Assembly: GCA_028276785.1 (NCBI GenBank)
Contig: JAPYVP010000021.1
Coordinates: 1-9,793, forward strand
From: Candidatus Nanopusillus sp.
GTDB lineage: Archaea > Nanobdellota > Nanobdellia > Nanobdellales > Nanobdellaceae
DNA: 9,793 nt
Reading direction: 5' to 3'
Shown here: positions 5,580 to 9,793 of the stretch, piece after piece
Layout: every line of letters starts with the position of its first letter
Numbering within the stretch: the first letter of the stretch is position 1
The notes under the pieces: model-generated
What the model saw: only the letters and a program-made list of their open reading frames with translations
Databases searched by the model: none
Told to the model about the DNA's origin: nothing
Made by a program: the position numbers and the translations under genes

Positions 5580-8500
5580 ATGAGTGATGGAGAGTTTATA
5601 AAAAGGGTTTCTCATGGAAAAAAAGAAGAAGAAATTGTTTTAGGGCAAAAAAATTATAAAATAAAAAAAGTTATTAAAAGAGACGGAAGAATTGTAGACT
5701 TTGATCCTGAAAGAATAAAATATGCTATAGAAAGAGCAATGAAAGCCGTTGGTGCTTATGATAAAGAAAAATTAGAAAAGGTTGTTGATTATATAATAAA
5801 AGTATTGGAAGAAAAATATGATGATGTAAAATATCCAACTGTTGAAGAAATTCAAGATATCGTCGAATTATCTTTATTAAAATTTGATTTATATGATGTT
5901 GCCAAAGCATATATTTCTTATAGGAAAGAAAAGGAAAAAATAAGGGAAGAAAAGAAAAACCTATTGGGAAAATTCTACGAAGAAGAAGTTGCAAAAAGAT
6001 TTTCCGTTAATTCAATTAGATTAATGGTAAATAGATATTTATTAAGGAATGAAAATAAAGAATTAATAGAAGGTCCAAAGCAAATGTTTGAAAGAGTTGC
6101 TGCATTAGTTGTAATACCAGATTTATTATACGATGAAAGGGTATATGATAGGGAAGGAAAGCAAAAAATACATCCAAAGGAAGAGTTTGACTTTGTAAAA
6201 AATGAAAATAAATACGGATTACCAATAAGAGATCCTAAGTTTAAGTGGAATAGATATCATTTAGAAAGAATGAAATATTTGTATGATTATTTAAATGAAA
6301 GGGGTCATATGAAAGTTTCATGGTCAGAATTTATAAAAATGTTAGAAAAGGGAGAATTTGACAAATATTACGAAAACTTCTACCAATATTATGATTTAAT
6401 GGCAAGTAAAAGATTTATGCCAAATTCTCCAACATTATTTAATGCAGGTGCAGTCTTAGGACAATTATCTGCATGTTTTGTATTGGATATTGATGATGAT
6501 ATGGAATCTATAATGAAATCTGCAACGGAAGCCACTTTAATATTTAAATCGGGAGGGGGGATAGGAATAAACTATTCAAAATTAAGACCAGAAGGCGATG
6601 TTGTTGCATCTACTGGAGGTGTTGCATCAGGTCCAGTTTCATTTATGAAAATTATAGATACAATTACAGATGTAGTAAAACAAGGAGGAAAGAGAAGGGG
6701 GGCAAATATGGGTATTTTAGAATCCTGGCATCCGGAAATATTTAAATTTATTCATTTAAAGGAAAAAGAAGGTGTGTTAGAAAACTTTAATATATCTATA
6801 ATGTTTGAGCCAGCATTTTGGGAATATTTTGAAAATAAAAAAGAATATCCTTTAATTAATCCAAGATTATTAAGGAAATATAATTTACCTTTCCCAGGAG
6901 ATCCAAATTTTGATATAAATAAAGTACCAAAGGAAGCAATTGTTGGATATGTAAATCCTGAAAGAATATTGCAAGAAGCATCATATGTTGCATGGGAAAA
7001 AGGAGATCCTGGATGCTTGTTTATGGATAATATAAATAGAAGAAATGTTCAATATAAATATAGAGGACCAATTAGAGCTACTAACCCATGTGTAACTGGA
7101 GACACTAGAATTTTAACACCATATGGTCTTTTGAGGGCTGAAACCTTACTTTATTTAAACAATGAAAATGGTAGCGATATCAATAATATAAAGCTCTTAG
7201 TAGATGGAGAAGGTCAAATTTTGTATACAACTGTTCATGGAAAAACATTGAGTGTAAGTTCTCCAATATTAGTTGATGCAAAAGTTTGGAGAGTTGGATT
7301 CAAACCAACTGTTAAATTGATTTTAGAAAATGGAATGGAGATTGAAGTAACTGAAGATCATAAGATACTTACAAAAGATGGATGGATAGAAGCAAAATAT
7401 GCTGAAGGAAAAGAAGTAAAAATAGCAAGAATTGATATTGATAAGTTAGAAGATTATGGATTAAAGGAAATTGATGGAATAAAGTTAGATAGAGAGTTGG
7501 GATTTTTATTAGGATGGTTGGTTGGAGATGGATATGTTGGAGAAAAAGTTTTCTTCTACTTTAATGCTAAAACAGAGAGGAAAGTTTCTGAATATGTAAA
7601 AGAATTGCTTGAAAAGAAATTTGGAGTAAATGTTAGTAGGTTTGAAAGAAATAATGAAATATGGATTTATGTAAGTAAGAAAGAGGTTGTTGATATTTTC
7701 AAAAAACTAATGAGAAAGAAAACTAGTTTGCCAGAAATTGTTTTCCTAGCAAACTCAGAATTTGTTAAAGGATTTTTGAGTGGTTTGTTCTCAGCAGATG
7801 GATATATTGATAAAGATGGGGCAATAAGATTAACTTCATCTAATAAAGATTTATTGAAAGAAGTACAACTTTTGTTAACTTTATTTGGTATATTTTCAAA
7901 GATTTATGAAAGGCCTTATAAGAGAAAGTTTGAGTACATTACTGTAAATGGTGAAAAGAGAGAATATGAAGCTAATGAATATTATGAACTTATAATCAAA
8001 AATTATAGTAGAAAAATCTTTGAAGAAAAGATAAAATTAGTAAATTATAAAAATGAAAAGCTCTTAGAAAGACTAAAGAAAACTAAAGTAGATGACAATT
8101 ATGTTAAGATTGTGAGAGTAGAATACGTTGGTGAAAAAATGGTTTATGATTTTAGTGTTCCTGGATTTAATAGATATATTTCTAATGGAATAATAAGTCA
8201 TAATTGTGGAGAACAGCCTCTATATCCTTATGAATCTTGTAATTTAGGATCAATTAATCTATATGCTCTGGTTGAATTTAAAGATGGAAAGGCAGAATTT
8301 AATTGGAATAAATATGTTGAAACAATAAAATGGGCCTATAGATTTTTGGATAATGTAATAGATGTAAATAAATATCCAATAAAGGAGATTGAAGAAGCTT
8401 CAAAAGCAGTAAGAAGAGTTGGTTTAGGATTTATGGGATTGGCGGATTTATTCTATGCATTGGGAATTCCATATACATCAGAAGAAGGATATAAGTTATT

Positions 8501-9482
8501 GATGAAAATAACAGAATATTTAACATATTATTCAATGTTAGAATCTGTTGAAAGAGCAAAAACAAGGGGTAAATTCGATAAATATGATCAAACAACATAT
8601 AAAGATGGCGAATTACCCGTAGAAGGATATTATCATAAAGAATTATGGACATTAGATTGGGAATATTTGAAAGAACAGATAATAAAATATGGAATAAGAA
8701 ATGTTGAAGTTACATCAATTGCTCCTACAGGTTCTATATCAATGTTAGCAGATACGTCTTCAGGTATTGAACCACAATATTCTTTAGTATATGAAAAAAG
8801 GGTAACTGCTGGCGTATATTATTATGTAGATCCAGAATTAGAAAGACAACTGAGAGAAAGAGGTCTATATAATAATGACATATTAAAGAAAATATCCGAT
8901 AATGGTGGAAGTTTATTGGGAATAAAAGAAATTCCAGATGATTTGAAAGCAGTATTCTTAACAGCATTAGACATACCATGGTGGGATCATATAAGAGCAC
9001 AGGCAGTTGCTCAAATATGGATAACTACATCAATATCAAAAACAATAAATATGCCAAATTGGGTTCAGCCAGATGACGTATATTATTCATATCTATTAGC
9101 ATATAAGATGGGATGTAAAGGAATTACAATATATAGAGATGGATCAAAATCTGTACAAGTATATGTGGCCCCTGCTGAAGCAAGTAAAGCAAGATTTGCA
9201 GATTACTTTAGATTAATTAGAGAAGGAAAAATAAATAATAGAACAATTGAAATATTAAAACAATATGGAATAAAGTTACCAAATTGGTATTATGAATTAA
9301 ATAACAATGTTGAGATGCCAAAAGTAAAATTGAATGTAAACATTAATAATACATTAAGGGTTGAGGAAAATGGAAATAATAAAATTGAGAAATGTCCCGT
9401 ATGCGGATCTACAAGGTTAAAACATGAAGCAGGTTGTATTACATGTATGGATTGTGGATGGTCAGAATGTATAATTGCTTAA
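5580..9482 (+). CDS. nrdJ: Class II (adenosylcobalamin-dependent) ribonucleotide reductase with ATP-cone, intein and C-terminal zinc ribbon
   Basis: RNR motifs: [73 protein letters not shown] (NPCGE radical-Cys loop interrupted by the intein), [46 protein letters not shown]. The extein is 928 aa once the 372-aa intein is removed. Confidence 0.92.
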   Translation: MSDGEFIKRVSHGKKEEEIVLGQKNYKIKKVIKRDGRIVDFDPERIKYAIERAMKAVGAYDKEKLEKVVDYIIKVLEEKYDDVKYPTVEEIQDIVELSLLKFDLYDVAKAYISYRKEKEKIREEKKNLLGKFYEEEVAKRFSVNSIRLMVNRYLLRNENKELIEGPKQMFERVAALVVIPDLLYDERVYDREGKQKIHPKEEFDFVKNENKYGLPIRDPKFKWNRYHLERMKYLYDYLNERGHMKVSWSEFIKMLEKGEFDKYYENFYQYYDLMASKRFMPNSPTLFNAGAVLGQLSACFVLDIDDDMESIMKSATEATLIFKSGGGIGINYSKLRPEGDVVASTGGVASGPVSFMKIIDTITDVVKQGGKRRGANMGILESWHPEIFKFIHLKEKEGVLENFNISIMFEPAFWEYFENKKEYPLINPRLLRKYNLPFPGDPNFDINKVPKEAIVGYVNPERILQEASYVAWEKGDPGCLFMDNINRRNVQYKYRGPIRATNPCVTGDTRILTPYGLLRAETLLYLNNENGSDINNIKLLVDGEGQILYTTVHGKTLSVSSPILVDAKVWRVGFKPTVKLILENGMEIEVTEDHKILTKDGWIEAKYAEGKEVKIARIDIDKLEDYGLKEIDGIKLDRELGFLLGWLVGDGYVGEKVFFYFNAKTERKVSEYVKELLEKKFGVNVSRFERNNEIWIYVSKKEVVDIFKKLMRKKTSLPEIVFLANSEFVKGFLSGLFSADGYIDKDGAIRLTSSNKDLLKEVQLLLTLFGIFSKIYERPYKRKFEYITVNGEKREYEANEYYELIIKNYSRKIFEEKIKLVNYKNEKLLERLKKTKVDDNYVKIVRVEYVGEKMVYDFSVPGFNRYISNGIISHNCGEQPLYPYESCNLGSINLYALVEFKDGKAEFNWNKYVETIKWAYRFLDNVIDVNKYPIKEIEEASKAVRRVGLGFMGLADLFYALGIPYTSEEGYKLLMKITEYLTYYSMLESVERAKTRGKFDKYDQTTYKDGELPVEGYYHKELWTLDWEYLKEQIIKYGIRNVEVTSIAPTGSISMLADTSSGIEPQYSLVYEKRVTAGVYYYVDPELERQLRERGLYNNDILKKISDNGGSLLGIKEIPDDLKAVFLTALDIPWWDHIRAQAVAQIWITTSISKTINMPNWVQPDDVYYSYLLAYKMGCKGITIYRDGSKSVQVYVAPAEASKARFADYFRLIREGKINNRTIEILKQYGIKLPNWYYELNNNVEMPKVKLNVNINNTLRVEENGNNKIEKCPVCGSTRLKHEAGCITCMDCGWSECIIA
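5661..5924 (+). other. ATP-cone allosteric domain of NrdJ
   Basis: [29 protein letters not shown]...[14 protein letters not shown]...[10 protein letters not shown] has the VxKRDGxxxxFdxxKI...a and ..a.aYi.Yr pattern of ATP-cones. Boundaries are approximate. Confidence 0.7.
7089..8204 (+). mobile_element. Intein (372 aa) with LAGLIDADG homing-endonuclease domain, inserted in the NPCGE active-site loop of NrdJ
   Basis: It is in frame with the host gene. Block A is CVTGDTRIL (Cys1 codon at 7089-7091). Block B is VTEDHKILT (TxxH). The two LAGLIDADG motifs are [14 protein letters not shown] (7497-7538) and [15 protein letters not shown] (7764-7808). Block F is [15 protein letters not shown]. Block G is GIISHN, followed by the +1 Cys at 8205-8207. 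Removing it restores ATNP-CGEQPL. Confidence 0.9.
9393..9470 (+). other. C-terminal Cys-rich zinc-ribbon tail of NrdJ
   Basis: [26 protein letters not shown] follows a CxxC...CxxCxxC....C pattern. Cys-rich zinc-finger tails are described for many class II RNRs and implicated in re-reduction of the active site. Confidence 0.7.
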
Positions 9483-9488
9483 TTTTTT
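9483..9488 (+). terminator. Oligo-T run directly after the nrdJ stop codon
   Basis: TTTTTT starts at the first base after the TAA at 9480-9482. Confidence 0.35.
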
Positions 9489-9508
9489 ATATTTAGTTTA
9501 AATAAAAG

Positions 9509-9580
9509 TGGACCCGCCGGGATTTGAACCCGGGATCTCCGGCTTGCAAGGCCGGCATCCTACGACTAGACTACGGGCCC
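9509..9580 (-). tRNA. tRNA-Ala (anticodon UGC)
   Basis: The reverse complement GGGCCCGTAGTCTAGTCGTAGGATGCCGGCCTTGCAAGCCGGAGATCCCGGGTTCAAATCCCGGCGGGTCCA folds as a cloverleaf. The acceptor stem GGGCCCG/CGGGTCC includes the G3:U70 alanine identity pair. The anticodon stem is CCGGC/GCCGG with loop CTTGCAA (anticodon TGC). The T arm is CCGGG-TTCAAAT-CCCGG. The discriminator is A and no CCA is encoded. About 65% G+C by hand count. Confidence 0.95.
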
Positions 9581-9595
9581 GATTATTAAATTTCT

Positions 9596-9611
9596 TATAT
9601 TTATATATATA
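9596..9611 (-). promoter_or_regulatory. TATA-rich element upstream of tRNA-Ala
   Basis: On the minus strand, TATATATATAAATATA is centred ~24 bp upstream of the tRNA-Ala 5' end (9580). Confidence 0.35.
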
Positions 9612-9676
9612 AGTTTGTTAGAATAAAAGATTGAATAATATTTGATAATTTTACTTAATATTGAAGGAAGCAATTA

Positions 9677-9760
9677 TGCGGCGGAGGGGATTTGAACCCC
9701 TGACGGATCTACTCCACTGGGTCTTGAGCCCAGCCCCTTTGTCCGCTCGGGCACCGCCGC
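9677..9760 (-). tRNA. tRNA-Leu (anticodon CAA), class II with long variable arm
   Basis: The reverse complement reads GCGGCGG-TG-CCC-GAGCGGACAAA-GGG-G-CTGGG-CTCAAGA-CCCAG-TGGAGTAGATCCGTC-AGGGG-TTCAAAT-CCCCT-CCGCCGC-A. It has a perfect 7-bp acceptor stem, anticodon loop CTCAAGA (CAA), a 15-nt variable arm and a canonical T loop. Total 84 nt, no CCA encoded. Confidence 0.93.
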
Positions 9761-9793
9761 TTAATAATTATATTTAGAAATTTTAATAATTTA

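Noticed and set aside
5725-6225. Minus-strand ORFs of 89 and 69 aa (5725-5994, 6016-6225)
   Set aside because: They are antisense to the ATP-cone and N-terminal region of nrdJ. Their L/F/I/H-rich low-complexity sequence is typical of the reverse frame of Lys/Glu-rich coding sequence.
7089-8204. LAGLIDADG region as a free-standing homing-endonuclease gene or an intron-encoded ORF
   Set aside because: It is in frame with nrdJ on both sides with no stop or start signals. It is bounded by the canonical intein blocks (Cys1 ... HN / Cys+1), and removing it precisely restores the NPCGE motif.
8431-9000. Minus-strand ORFs of 73 and 88 aa (8431-8652, 8734-9000)
   Set aside because: They are antisense to the conserved C-terminal catalytic half of nrdJ and have no independent support.
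9509-9760. Possibility of tRNA introns, permuted tRNAs or split tRNA halves, given the nanoarchaeal-like context
   Set aside because: Both genes fold as complete, colinear cloverleafs with standard 7-nt anticodon loops. There is no bulge-helix-bulge insert and no leader complementary sequence.
1-9793. CRISPR arrays, transposases/IS ends, toxin-antitoxin pairs, restriction-modification or other defence modules
   Set aside because: I found no spaced direct repeats, terminal inverted repeats or diagnostic protein motifs in any ORF on either strand. Every ORF over 140 aa is accounted for by the housekeeping or surface-protein calls above.

Overview
AT-rich archaeal window with tightly packed genes, no visible Shine-Dalgarno sequences, and two tRNA genes that are far more GC-rich than their surroundings. 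This suggests a thermophilic, probably genome-reduced archaeon; a Nanoarchaeota/DPANN-like origin is my inference, not something I can show. Minus strand, positions 1-2426: a GatE fragment that stops exactly at an internal domain boundary, then three tandem genes for small membrane-anchored, sequon-rich FlaF/FlaG-like or pilin-like proteins. The third of these runs off the left edge and is absent from the ORF track. Plus strand, 2478-9482: a MEMO/AmmeMemoRadiSam-B family protein, an Hsp20 small heat-shock protein, a NOG1-family GTPase, a metallophosphoesterase, and a 1300-aa class II (B12-dependent) ribonucleotide reductase. The reductase has an N-terminal ATP-cone, a C-terminal Cys-rich zinc ribbon, and a 372-aa LAGLIDADG intein inserted just before the radical Cys of the NPCGE motif. 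Minus strand, 9509-9760: tRNA-Ala(UGC) and tRNA-Leu(CAA). I see no CRISPR array, transposase, toxin-antitoxin pair or recognisable defence system. The content is mostly housekeeping. The features most worth follow-up are the apparently split gatE, the three-gene surface-protein cluster, the active-site intein, and a 51-bp divergent intergenic region whose single TATA-like element lies 26 bp from both start codons.
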